Shown piece by piece: positions 51,260 through 64,000 of a stretch of DNA of 64,000 nucleotides. Position 1 is the stretch's first letter; each line of letters opens with the position of its first letter. The notes beneath the pieces are model-generated. The model saw only the letters and a list, made by a program, of their open reading frames with translations. It made no database searches and was not told the DNA's origin. The translations under genes and the position numbers were made by a program. The DNA comes from Terriglobia bacterium (GTDB taxonomy: Bacteria > Acidobacteriota > Polarisedimenticolia > Polarisedimenticolales > JAIQFR01), in contig CAVVHE010000004.1 in the NCBI GenBank assembly GCA_963748015.1, positions 1,728,001 to 1,792,000 of the forward strand. The letters run 5' to 3'.

Positions 51260-53978
51260 ATGAGCAACCTAAGGAACCCATCGGTCTGCTGCGCCAAGCT
51301 ACTCGCGATGTTCGTCGCCATCGCCCTGCCTCTCTTCCTCCCGTCGTCAACCGTACTCGCCCAGGAAACCACCGGAGCGATCGAGGGAACCGTCTCGGCC
51401 CCGGATGGAACGCCGCTTTCCGGGGCCGAGGTGGCCGCCACGAAGGCCGCGTCGCGCGTGGAGCGGGGCACGATCACGAGCGGCGAGGGGCTCTTCCGTC
51501 TCGTCGCGCTCCCGCTCGGGGAGTACGAGGTCACGATCCGTCATCCGAAGTACCCGCCGGCGACCGTCTCCGGCGTGACCGTCCGGCTCGGCGCGACCAC
51601 CGCAGTGCCTCCCGGTTCGCCTCGCGCCGCCGGCACGCTGGTCGAGCGCGTGGAGGTCGTGGGGAAGGCCCCGCGGATCGACCCGGTCAGCACGACCGCG
51701 GGCGGAAGCCTCGCGTCGGAGACGTTCGATCGCCTTCCCCTCCAGCGGGACTACCAGAGCATCGCGACCCTGCTCCCGGGCGTGAGCGCCAGCTACCTCG
51801 GCGACCCGGTGAACTTCGACGGCGCGACGGGGCTCGAGAACCGCTACTTCGTGGACGGCGCCGAGATCACGGACCCGGGCCGCGGAATGGGCGGCGCGAT
51901 GCTGCCGCCGGACTTCATCCGCGAGGTCGAGGTGAAGACCGGCGGCTACGAGGCGGAGTACCGCAGCGCGCTCGGCGGCATCGTCAACGTGGTGACCCCC
52001 ACCGGAGGGAACGAGATCTCGCGGGAAGCTGATCGGCTACTGGACGAGCCACGTCGTCTCCCAGGATCCGAAGCTGAGCCCGCTCCAGCTCCAGCAGCGC
52101 GACTACGCGCAGTACGACGCCGGGTTCAGCGTGTCCGGCCCGCTGGCCAAGGACCGCGCGTGGTTCTTCCTCGCCTACGACCCCCAGCGCCAGACTGTCG
52201 AGACCGAACTCCCCGGCGTCGGCTACATCGAGGATTCGTCCACCACGCAGCGCTTCGCGGGGAAGATCGACTGGCGACCCGACGCGGCGAACAGCCTCGC
52301 TCTCACGGTCGTCGGGGACCCGCAGAGGCGGGACGCCGTGGGCGAGATGCCGTTCGATTTCGGAAGCGATCCCGTCTCGTTCCTCAACCCCGACCCGTAC
52401 CTGCGGCGCATCGAGACCGGCGGCGTCGGGGTCATCCTTGCGCGCGACGCACGTCCTCGAGCCCGCGGGTCCTGCTGGAGATCGTCGTTCTCGTACTTCT
52501 GGCGGAAGGACCACAACCTCCCCGGACCGAGCGCGGTCGCGAGCGAGCAGATGTTCGTGGACGCGACCACCGGCGTGTGGTCGGGCGGCTCGACCGTGTT
52601 CACCGCCTGGTCGAACGACCAGACGACGGTCGAGTTGAAGGCGACCTGGATGCGCCGGCGCGGCACGAGATGAAGGGTGGGCTCGAGTACCGCGACAACA
52701 AGGAGACGATCGACGAGTGGGGCGGCGACGTGGTGATCGAAGTTCGCCGACGTTCGTTCGGTATGTCGGCCCAGGTGATTGCGCGGCAAGTTCCACAACC
52801 GGATCCCGTCGGCGTTCGCGCAGGACTCCTGGCGGATCGGGCCGCGCTGGGTCCTGAACTACGGTATCCGCTGGGCGCGCGAGGACTTCGTCGGCCTCGA
52901 ACGGGAGGTCGCGCAGACGATCGACGACGAGTGGCAGCCGCGCGTCGGCTTCGTCTACCAGCCCGGCCGAATCGGCACGCAGCGCATCTATGGTTCGGCG
53001 GCGCGGTACTACCAGGAGCTGTCGAGCCACGCGCTCGTATCTACTACGTGGGGGCGGAAGGGTACTGGCGACTCTGCAACTACGACCACGATCCCCGGCT
53101 CGATCCCAGCGGGGCGACTGCCTGGTGCTGACGATCGACGGTGCAGGCCGAGGTGCCGGGGCTCCGGGGCGACTACACGGACGAGTACTCCCTCGGGTAC
53201 CAGCGGCGGATCGGCGACAGGCACCGCGCGGGCGTCCGCGCGATCTACCGGACGCTCGGCGACACGATCGAAGACGGACTGGTCACGGCGACCGATACGT
53301 TCGTCTGGGGCAATCCCGGTCGCGGGCCGCTGGCCGCGGACTACCCGCGCGCGAGCCGCGTCTACAGGGCACTCGAGCTCACCATCGACGGGCAGCCCAC
53401 GGACCGTTCCGGGTATCTCGCGTCGTACGTGCTGTCGGAGAACCGCGGCAATTACCTGGGACTCTACAACACGGACAGCGGGATACGCCGGGCCAAACAC
53501 CAACGGCTCGTTCGACCTGCCGGAGCAACATGATCAACGGCGACGGCCTGCTGCCGAACGACCGGACCCACGTCGTTAAGGGGTCGGGGTTCTACCGATT
53601 CGGATCCGGGCTCAACGTCGGAGCATCAGCGCTCTGGCAGAGCGGCACGCCGCTCAACGAGTTCGGTGGGTGCCCGGGTGCCTTCGGGAGCTGCTTCCTT
53701 CGGCCTCGCGGCACGGCGGGCCGGACGCCCTCGATGTTCGATCTGAGCCTGCGGCCGACTACACCTTCCGGCAGAATTCTACCGGACGGTGGAAGCCTCG
53801 CCTGATCCTCGACGTCTACCACCTCTTCAGCGGCCGCAAGCCGGTGGACTACGACCAGGTCCACTACTTCAACGTGGACGCCGACGGGAACCAGGTCGAC
53901 CCGAATCCGACCTACGGAATGGCCAAGCAGTACTACCCGCCGACGACCGCTCGCCTCGGGCTGGAGGTGAGTTTCTGA
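51260..53978 (+). CDS. TonB-dependent receptor with an N-terminal carboxypeptidase-regulatory-like domain (multiple frameshifts)
   Basis: Signal peptide, TGAIEGTV..PDG.PL.G, LPLQRDY, VKTGGYEAEY....GG.VNVVT, SGPL.KDR.WFF, PRVGF.Y and C-terminal F. Confidence 0.88.
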
Positions 53979-54035
53979 GCGACGACCGCTCGTACCTGGG
54001 CGCAGGGCCATGCCGAGTCTTGGAGGTGGTCAGCC

Positions 54036-55310
54036 ATGACACTCATCAAGAGGTGGTTCCGCAGGATGACCGGCGACGAGGAGGACGAGCTCAGGACTCC
54101 GATCATTCGTCGTCCGCCGCAACCGTGCCTCTGAGCGAGGTGCGATCCGCCGCCGAGGAGAACAACGACTTCGCGGTGGCGCTTTACGGACGACTGTGCG
54201 AGCGGCCCGGGAACCTCTTCATCTCCCCGCTGGGCATTCGCTCGGCCCTCTGCATGGCCCTCGCCGGGGCCAGGGGCGAGACGTCGTCGCAGATGATCGA
54301 GGCGCTGCGCCTCCCGTCGGCGGACGATGCCGCGCACGCGCGGCTGGCCGGACTCCTGCGGCCGCTCGACGCGGCGGCGGCGGGCAGTACGAGCTCTCCG
54401 TCGCGAACTCGCTCTGGGGGCAGGAAGGCGCGCCGCTCCTGGACGAGTTCCTCGAGCAGATCGGCCGCCAGTACGGCGGCGGCCTCAACCTCGTCGATTT
54501 CCGGCGCGACGCCGAGGCGGCCCGCGCGACCGTCAATCGGTGGGTCGAGGAGAGGACGCAAGCAGAAGATCCGGGACCTCATCCCCTCCGGGATGCTGAG
54601 CGCGGACACGCGACTGATCCTGGTGAACGCGATCTTCTTCAAGGGACAGTGGGTGGCGCCGGTTCCCTGCATGCGCCACGCGGGACGAGCCGTTCTGGCT
54701 CGAGGACGGCGGGAGGGTCCAGGCGCCGCTGATGACGCCAGATGGAGGTCGGCTACGTGCGCGCCGAGGATTACCAGGCGGTGGAGCTGGAGTACCGCGG
54801 CGACGATCTTTCGATGCTCGTGTTGCTCCCGGACCGGAAGGACGGGATCGGGGAACGCTCGAGAAGGCGCTCCGCCAGGAATGTTCGATCTGGCGAAGGC
54901 GAAGATGCGATGCCGCAAGGTCGATGTGCTATCTCCCGCGGTTCAAGGTCACGTGGGGAACCTCTTCGGTGCGCGGCGCGCTCGCGCACCTCGGCTTGAC
55001 GCTCGCGTTCGACCGGGACCGGGCGGACTTCTCCGGCATCAACGGGCACAGGCCACCGGACTCGAGATCGCTGTTCGTGTCGGACGTGCTGCACAAGGCC
55101 CTCGTCGAGGTGAACGAGGAAGGGACGAAGGCCGCGGCCGCCACCGCGGGCGATGTGTACTCGCGCTGAGCGGCAAGCCTCGCCGCGAGCCACCGGTCCC
55201 CGTGTTCCGGGCCGACCACCCGTTCCTCTTCGCGATCCGCGACCGGCGAAGCCGCGCGATCCTCTTCCTCGGCCGCCTCGACCGATCCGACAGCTCGCGA
55301 ACGAATGAGG
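54036..55310 (+). CDS. Serpin family protein (multiple frameshifts; ends approximate)
   Basis: NNDFAVALY, NLFISP, GARGET, VANSLW, NRWVEE.T..KI, LVNAIFFKGQW, LPRFK, HKALVEVNEEGTKAAAAT hinge, FRADHPFLFAIRD...ILFLGR. Confidence 0.9.
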
Positions 55311-55320
55311 GACGGGAGCC

Positions 55321-56469
55321 TCACACCGGCGGGCGGTTGCGCTCCCCGTACCCGGTCAGCTCGACGAAGCCGCGGCCGAGGGGGCGGCCGCCGGGGTCGA
55401 GGGCGCGGACGGAGCCCTCCCAGTAGTAGGGGGAGTGCGGGATCCGGCCGCGGTTCTCCTGGTCGGGGAAGTCGGGCACGACGTCGAGGCGGAGGGCGGC
55501 GGAGGGGACCTCGATGGTCCAGCGCGAGGGGTAGACGGCGCCGGTTTCCTTGCTCGTCCAGGTCTCGGTCGCGCGCACGGACCAGTCGGAGGGCGAGAGG
55601 TAGCGCGTGCCGCCCTCGCGGTCCACGAGCGTGCCGTTCCGGAAGTCCACGCTGCCGTCCTGGCGCCGCATCAGGTAGAGCATGAGGTCGCGGCCGTCGG
55701 CGAGGCGCAGGGCGAACCAGTCCCAGCCGACCTGGCCGGTCGAGAGCTGCGACGAGCCGAACTCGCGGTCCATCCAGGACTCGCCGCGCACGTCGAACGT
55801 CCTGCCGTCGAGCTCGAGCGTCCCCTCGGTCGCGAGGCGCGTGAAGCTGTAGTACTGGCTGGCCGCGGCGGATTCGCCGCTCTTGCGGCTGTAGCCGTTC
55901 GGCCCCTGGAGGACGAGCGGCTTCGCCGGGCGCGTCGCGAGGCGGAACGCCATGCGCCGCTCGTCGTCGCGCATCTCGAAGTCGAAGCCCGCGCCGTTCC
56001 ACTGCAGCGTCCAGAGCCCGCCCGTCCCGGCGGGGGCGACGACCTTCGCGAGCGTCGGGTCGGGCGGCGCTCCGAACGCGCCGAGCAGCGGCGCCTCGCG
56101 GTAGAGGAGATCGCTGAAGCGGTGCTCGCCGCGGGAGAGGTCGCTGATCGCCGCGTGCGCCATGATCAGATTGCGCGCGGACCACTCCGAGCGCAGCGCG
56201 GGCTTCTCGGGCAGCAGGCCGACGCGGAACACCGTGAACTGGTAGCCGAAGACGCGGCCGGGGTCGTCGCGCGCCTCGAGGTGGCCGGTGAAGTACCACC
56301 ACTCGGTGCGGTAGCCCTCGTGGGCCCAGTGGTCCCGCGGGAAGGACCACGCGTACTCGGGCGACGCGACTTTGAACGCGGCGCCGAGAGCGAGCGCGCC
56401 CAGGGCGACGACGGCGAGGGCAAGCGTCCACCGCGGCATCCGGCCGCTCCGCGCCTCAGAGGTCGTCAC
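55321..56469 (-). CDS. AttH/carotenoid 1,2-hydratase-like lipocalin-domain secreted protein
   Basis: FPRDH.AH..YRTEWWYFTG, FGYQFT.FR, SQYYS, SWMDREF.S, GWDWF, YWEG and GFVELTGY. Confidence 0.88.
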   Translation of the reverse strand: MTTSEARSGRMPRWTLALAVVALGALALGAAFKVASPEYAWSFPRDHWAHEGYRTEWWYFTGHLEARDDPGRVFGYQFTVFRVGLLPEKPALRSEWSARNLIMAHAAISDLSRGEHRFSDLLYREAPLLGAFGAPPDPTLAKVVAPAGTGGLWTLQWNGAGFDFEMRDDERRMAFRLATRPAKPLVLQGPNGYSRKSGESAAASQYYSFTRLATEGTLELDGRTFDVRGESWMDREFGSSQLSTGQVGWDWFALRLADGRDLMLYLMRRQDGSVDFRNGTLVDREGGTRYLSPSDWSVRATETWTSKETGAVYPSRWTIEVPSAALRLDVVPDFPDQENRGRIPHSPYYWEGSVRALDPGGRPLGRGFVELTGYGERNRPPV

Positions 56470-58983
56470 GGCTCAGCTCCGAGGCGGGAGTGCGGCTCGC
56501 GCGCAGCGCCGGATAGATGCTCGCGGCGACGGCGGCCGCCAGGATCGCCGCGGCCTGCACGGCGAGCGCCCCCCACGGAACGCTCAGCGCGATCGTCCAG
56601 CCGAAGTACGCGCGGTTGATCACGAAGATGAGGACGACCGCGAGCGCCGCGCCGCCGGGCACCCCGAGCAGCGAGCCCGAGGAGCGCCATCCCGGTCCCC
56701 TCGCCCGAGGAACACGCCGAAGATCTGCCGCCTCCCCGCCCCCAGCGCGCGGTAGAGCGCCAGCTCCGCCACTCGCTCGCGGGCCAGGACGAGCAGCGTC
56801 AGCGTGATCCCGCACGCCGCGATCAGCAGCGCCATCCCCTGCAGGAGGCGCGTGACCGCGAACGTCTGGTCGAAGATCGCGAGGATCTCGTCCCGGAGCC
56901 GCCGGTTGCTCAGGATCTCGAGCGGAACGCCGGGGAACCTCGCGCGGACCGCGTCCATCGTCTTCTCGGGATCCACCCCGGGCTCGAGGTAGAGGTCCAC
57001 GTTCGTCATCCGGCCGGGACCGAGCACGCGCTCCATCGTGGCCAGGTCCATCTCGGCCGAGCCGTTCTCGTCGGAGTAGTCGTAGTAGACGCCCGCGATG
57101 GGCAGCTCGGCCTCCCCTGCCGGCGTCGTCAGGCGCAGGCGGTCGCCGACGCGCAGCCCCTCCTTGCGCGCCAGGGGCTCGCCGATCACGACCGCGCCTT
57201 CCTCGACCATCTTCCGGACCGCCTCGGCCCGGTCGCCGGACACCAGCGGGAACCTCCCCTCGCCGCCCGGCATCCCCACGTCGCGGCCGATCAGCGAGAT
57301 CCTCCGCGACCCGGTGTAGCCGGAGAGCTGCCGGAGCCGGTCCACGGTGCGCGCGCCGGGGAACTTCATCAGCTCCGCCACGATCCCGTCGTCGAGCGTC
57401 GCCGTCTCCCGCGCGCGCCGCCAGCTCTCGCTGGTCACGAAGACGTCCGCGCGGATCGTGCTCGCGATCCACACGTCGAGCGTCTCGCGGAAGCTCCCGA
57501 CCATCAGCGTGATCCCGACCAGCATCGTCACCGCGACGCCCAGCGCGGCCACGGCGAACGACGTCGTGCCGAGCTTCTCCCCGAGAGTCTTGAGGCCGAG
57601 GGCCAGGCCGAAGCCGCGCGGGCGGATGCGGCCGCAGACGCGGCTCAGCACCCACGGCGTCATCAGCGGCAGTGCCGTGATCAGCGCGATCGCGATCCAG
57701 AATCCCGACGACCGTATCCCCCGGCCCAGAGTCCCCCACGCGAGCGCGGTCGCGCCGAGGATCGCCCATCCCGCCGCGAAGAGCACCGCGGCCGCGCGCC
57801 CCATCCTCTCGTGGAGGGCGAGCCCGGCGAGGAGCGACCGCGTGTCCCGGCGGCTCATGTCGAGCGCCGGGAGGAGCGCGCCGGCCAGCGCGCCACCGAG
57901 CCCCGCCGCGGCCGCCAGCAGCCAGATCCACGCCGGCAGGCGAAGCGTCTCGATCCCCTCGAGCAGGTAGAGGTTCGTGAGGGTCGAGCTGACCGCCTTC
58001 ACGTTCGCCGCGGCCGCCCACCAGCCGATCGGAAGGCCGAGAGCCGTGCCCAGCGCGCCGAGCACTGCGACCTCCCCGAGGATGACGAACAGCACCTGCC
58101 GCGGCGTCGTCCCGAGCGAGCGGTACAACCCGAACTCCCGCCGCCGCCGCACCAGCGCGGCCTGCGTGCTGGAGTGCACCAGGAAGCCGCCGACGAAGAG
58201 GCTGATCAGGGACAGCGCCGTGAGGTTGAGCCGGAACGCCGACAGCAGCGACGCGGCCTGGCGCCTGCGCTGCTCGGGGGTCACGACCTGCACGGCGGGG
58301 CCGAGCCGCCGGCTCAGCCGCTCCGCGACCGCCTCGCGCGAAGCACCCGCGGCGAGCTTCACGTCGAGCTGGTGGATCCCCTCGGGGATCCCGAGCGCGT
58401 CCTGCGCCTGCGCGATGTCCATCACGACGAGGCGCGGGCTCGCGAGCGGGGTGAGCTTCCGGAAGTCCACCAGCGCGCCGACCGTGAGGCGCGCCCTGCG
58501 CGAGCCGCTCGACACCTCGAACGTGCTCCCGACCGTCCACCCCAGCTGCCGCGCCAACTCGGGCGTCACCGCGGCCCATCCCGGCGTCGCGAGGGCCTCG
58601 CCGAGATCGGCCGGCGGCTTCTCCCATGGGATCCTGTGCGGCGCGAAGAGATCGATCCCCACGACGTCGAGGTAGGTCTCCTCCCGCCCCTCGAGCTTGG
58701 CGACGACGCGGACGAGAGGCCACGCCGCCGCGACGCCGGGCTCGGCCAGCGTCTCCGGCACGACGCGGCTCGGCATCGGCGAGACCTTCCCCATCACGCT
58801 GAGGTCCGCCTCGCCGCTCACCGCCTCGAGCCCGCCCTCGAAGGTGCCGAGGGCGTTCGCGTTCAGGATCTGGATCGACAGGACCGACGCCACGCCGAGC
58901 GCGACCCCGAGCACGGTGAGGAGGAACAGCGTGCGCCCCGCGCGGAAGTGCGCGGCGAGCCCCTTGCCGAAGATCCGGATCAC
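56456..58983 (-). CDS. FtsX-like ABC permease (AttF/G type; frameshift near 56690)
   Basis: LTVLGVALGVA, AFRLNLTALSLISLFVG, RRREFG..RSLG, IFDQTFAVT, INRAYFGWTI. Confidence 0.9.
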
Positions 58984-59663
58984 GGCAGCTCGAGCGCGCC
59001 GTCGCGGATCCGCCAGATCTCGTCGGCGAGGGCGGCCAGCTCGCGGCTGTGCGTGACGTAGACGAGCGTGCTCTTCTCCTCGTCGGCGAGACGGAGGAGC
59101 AGGTCCATGACCTTGCGGCTGTTGTGGTCGTCGAGGTTCCCGGTCGGCTCGTCGGCGAGGAGGAGGCGCGGCCGCCTGAGGAGCGCGCGGCAGAGGGCGA
59201 CGCGCTGCATCTCCCCGCCGCTCAGCTTGCGCGCCGGGTCGCCGGCGCGGGAGCCGAGGCCGACCCGGTCGAGCAGCTCGTCCGCCCGCCTCGCCGCCTC
59301 GCGCGACGGGTCTCCCGCGATCCACGCGGGGAGGAGCACGTTGTCGCGCGCGGTCAGGTGCGGCAGCAGGTGGAAGAACTGGAACACGAGCCCGATGCCG
59401 TCGCGGCGCGCGAGCGTACGGCCCGCCTCGCCGATGCGCGCGAGGTCGCGGCCGCCCACGAGGATCTCCCCTTCCGTCGGCGTGTCGATCCCCGCGGCGA
59501 GATTGAGGAGGGTGGACTTGCCGCTGCCGCTCCGACCGGTGATGGCGATCTTGCGCCCGGCCGGCAGGGCGAACGACACCTCCTTGAGCGCCTCGAGGAC
59601 GGCCCCGCCGTCCTGTTGGTAGCGCTTCGCTACCTTGCGGAATTCGAGCGCCGTGTCCGCCAC
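58980..59663 (-). CDS. ABC transporter ATP-binding protein (LolD/AttE type)
   Basis: GRSGSGKST, LSGGEMQRVA, LLADEPTGNLD and VTH. Confidence 0.95.
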   Translation of the reverse strand: MADTALEFRKVAKRYQQDGGAVLEALKEVSFALPAGRKIAITGRSGSGKSTLLNLAAGIDTPTEGEILVGGRDLARIGEAGRTLARRDGIGLVFQFFHLLPHLTARDNVLLPAWIAGDPSREAARRADELLDRVGLGSRAGDPARKLSGGEMQRVALCRALLRRPRLLLADEPTGNLDDHNSRKVMDLLLRLADEEKSTLVYVTHSRELAALADEIWRIRDGALELP

Positions 59664-59686
59664 GCTTTCCCCTCGAGGCCAGTCTA

Positions 59687-59848
59687 CATGGTGGACGCGA
59701 GATTGTGGGGTGGTCCCCGGCCCGCCGCACTCCCGAGGAAATACCGCGGCATCTCGACGAGATCCGGAAACCGGCAGCCCCTAGGGTGGGCGACCCGACC
59801 GGCCAGGATCGGCTTCCTCGCCCACCCCACAATCTCCCGTCCACCATG
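59687..59848. repeat. 162-bp element bounded by 27-bp inverted repeats (MITE/REP-like or structured RNA)
   Basis: catggtggacgcgagattgtggggtgg (59687-59713) vs ccaccccacaatctcccgtccaccatg (59822-59848), one mismatch. Confidence 0.75.
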
Positions 59849-59884
59849 GGCTGAATGTGGACAAGAATGGTATTATTTGCGCCT

Positions 59885-61978
<2,094 letters not shown>

Positions 61979-62035
61979 GGCAGAAGCGCGCGATTCGCGT
62001 GGTAGCATGGCCGCCCCGTTTCTCATGAGGACGCG

Positions 62036-62977
62036 ATGAGTCTGCTCGGCGGGCACGGCCTCCTCGCCTGGACGCTCTTCAACCTGCTGGTCCTGGGGGT
62101 CCTGGTCCTCGACCTCGGAGTGTTCAACCGGAAGTCTCACGCCGTCGGTTTCCGGGAAGCCGTGCTCTGGAACGTCGTCTGGACCGCCTTGGGCCTCGCG
62201 TTCGGCGCGCTGGTGTTCCGGCTCTACGGCCACCAGGCGGGGCTCGAGTACGTGACCGGCTACGTCGTCGAGCGCGCCCTCTCGTTCGACAACATCTTCG
62301 TGTTCGTGGTGGTGTTCGCGTACTTCCGCGTCGCTCCGGAGTACCAGCACCGGGTGCTCTACTGGGGCATCCTCGGCGCGCTCATCATGCGAGGCGTGCT
62401 GATCCTGGCCGGGGCCGCGCTGGTGATGGCGTTCCACTGGGTGCTGTACGTGTTCGGCGCCTTCCTGCTCTACACCGGCCTCCATCTCCTCGTGAAGGGG
62501 GACGGGGCTCCGCACCCCGAGCGCAACCCGGTGATCGGCCTCGTGAAGCGGATCTTCCCCGTGGAAGAGAAGGAGCAGGGCAAGCGGTTCTTCGTCAGGC
62601 GGGACGGGCGCTGGCACGCGACGACGCTGCTGATCGTGCTCGTCGTCCTCGAGACGACCGACCTCGTGTTCGCCGTGGACTCGATCCCGGCGATCTTCGG
62701 CGTCACCAAGGACCCTTTCATCATCTACACGAGCAACGTGATGGCGATCCTGGGTCTCCGGGCGATGTACTTCCTCCTCGCCGCGATGATGACCCAATTC
62801 CGCTTCCTCCGGCACGGCCTCTCGCTGGTGCTGGTGTTCATCGGCGCGCGGATGCTCACGGAGCCCTGGATCGAGCTCCCCACCGTCGTGATGCTGCTGG
62901 TGGTCTGCGGCATCCTCGCCGCCGCCGTCGTCGCCTCGCTCCTCGTCAAGCCGAAGCCGGAAGGCGCCGCCAGTTAG
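62036..62977 (+). CDS. TerC/Alx family membrane protein
   Basis: E.ALS.DNIFVF, YQHRVL.WGILGAL.MR, E.TDLVFAVDSIPA, TSNVMAILGLR.MYF. Confidence 0.94.
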   Translation: MSLLGGHGLLAWTLFNLLVLGVLVLDLGVFNRKSHAVGFREAVLWNVVWTALGLAFGALVFRLYGHQAGLEYVTGYVVERALSFDNIFVFVVVFAYFRVAPEYQHRVLYWGILGALIMRGVLILAGAALVMAFHWVLYVFGAFLLYTGLHLLVKGDGAPHPERNPVIGLVKRIFPVEEKEQGKRFFVRRDGRWHATTLLIVLVVLETTDLVFAVDSIPAIFGVTKDPFIIYTSNVMAILGLRAMYFLLAAMMTQFRFLRHGLSLVLVFIGARMLTEPWIELPTVVMLLVVCGILAAAVVASLLVKPKPEGAAS

Positions 62978-64000
62978 GGAAGCGACAGCGAGATGCTCGG
63001 ACGGGCGGGGCGCGTGACCTCGAGGAGGGCGTCCACGCAGGCGGCGTCGAACTGGGTCCCCCGCTTCTCCTGCAGGTAGGCCCTCGCGCTCGCGGGCGGG
63101 AGCGTCGCGCGGACGCGCGAGGTGGTCATCGCGTCGTAGGCTTCGGCGACCGCAAGGACCCGCGACAGGAGCGGGATCTCCTCGCCGCTCTTGCCGTAAT
63201 ACCCCTGGCCGTCCGCGCGCTCGTGGTGGAACTGGATCGCCTGGGCGACCTCCTCGTCGGGATCGAGGGCGCGGAGGATCGCGGCGCCGCGCTCGGGGTG
63301 CGTGCGCATCAGTCGGGCCTGCTCCTCGTCGAGGGGGGCGCGCTGCCTCAGGATCTCCACCGGGAACGAGACCTTGCCGATGTCGTGCAGCATCGCCGCG
63401 CGGAGGAGCGCCGACGCCTCGCCGTCGCCGAGCCCCATCTCGTCCGCCATCATGGCCGAAAGCGAGGCGACCCGCTCCGCGTGACCCGGCTCGAACGCGT
63501 CGCGACGGTCGGCCCATTCCGCCGCCCGCGACGCCACCTCGAGGTAGGGCGCCATCGGCTTCTCGTGGCGGGGAACGCGGCGCGACAGCACCGCACCGAT
63601 GCGGCTCCCGACCGACCTGAGACGGGCGAGACCTTCGAGGCGGCGCTCTTCCCTTCGCGGGTTCCGGCCGGGCCGCTCGTTTCCTCCCCACAGCACGACG
63701 CGGCGGACCTTCACGAGGCCGTCCACTCGCGCGAGCAGCTCCTCGGCGCCGAACGGGCTGCAGATGCGGTCCACGATCCGCTCGTCGAGCGTCGCGTCGG
63801 AGAAGAAGTCGGAATCCGATTGGACGAACAGCAGCGGCGCGGGGAAACCGCGGGGCGGGCGGCCCGGGACGGCGAGCACCTGATCGGGCGAGGACACCGG
63901 CGCGACGACCAGCTCGGGCAGGACCTCCCTCTCCGCCTCCCGCCAACTCGGGACGGAAGGACACCAGTGCACGGCGTGCCCATCCTCCCGAAGCAGCGAG
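62974..64000 (-). CDS. HD-GYP domain protein with a degenerate receiver-like N-terminus (partial, runs off the window)
   Basis: GHAERVA, LHDIGK, HP..G..IL, HHERADGQGYY, AEAYDAMT, GTQFD. Frame is open to the window end. Confidence 0.88.
   Translation of the reverse strand, partial: SLLREDGHAVHWCPSVPSWREAEREVLPELVVAPVSSPDQVLAVPGRPPRGFPAPLLFVQSDSDFFSDATLDERIVDRICSPFGAEELLARVDGLVKVRRVVLWGGNERPGRNPRREERRLEGLARLRSVGSRIGAVLSRRVPRHEKPMAPYLEVASRAAEWADRRDAFEPGHAERVASLSAMMADEMGLGDGEASALLRAAMLHDIGKVSFPVEILRQRAPLDEEQARLMRTHPERGAAILRALDPDEEVAQAIQFHHERADGQGYYGKSGEEIPLLSRVLAVAEAYDAMTTSRVRATLPPASARAYLQEKRGTQFDAACVDALLEVTRPARPSISLSLP

Noticed and set aside
61979..62035. yybP-ykoY riboswitch upstream of the terC/alx-like gene
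   Set aside because: The gap is only 57 nt and shows no recognisable consensus.

Overview
GC-rich bacterial chromosome segment. The gene content suggests Acidobacteriota or a similar diderm lineage (inference only). About 45 genes are recognisable, and at least a dozen long ones are broken by single-base frameshifts, a pattern that suggests uncorrected long-read indels. Ordinary content includes an RmlC-like epimerase, an S2P/CBS protease, an APC permease, speA, trmK, efp, a DnaQ-like exonuclease, glgP, tRNA-Cys, a TPP riboswitch-controlled TonB receptor/SSS operon, top6A, ggt, an MFS transporter, sodC, hutU, an M16 peptidase pair, several Ser/Thr kinases, a serpin, an Att-like ABC/lipocalin operon, yyaL, terC and an HD-GYP protein. 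The standout is 11814-15486, a candidate new radical-SAM RiPP-like system. Adding one C to a C9 run joins two short ORFs into one 203-aa protein made of two tandem modules. Each module has a conserved helix (H[VI]FN.L.QIEVW.HYVR.ALGGY) followed by two L-x-[IV]-[GD]-C-P motifs. Next come a radical SAM/SPASM enzyme with no RRE and a translationally coupled secreted M64-type metallopeptidase, with an EF-P carrying an EfpL-type loop convergent just downstream. Also notable are a ~190-nt rod-like palindromic repeat in two copies with compensatory substitutions, a top6A with no adjacent top6B, and a secreted Cys-rich CxxHDxC protein paired with a small membrane protein.
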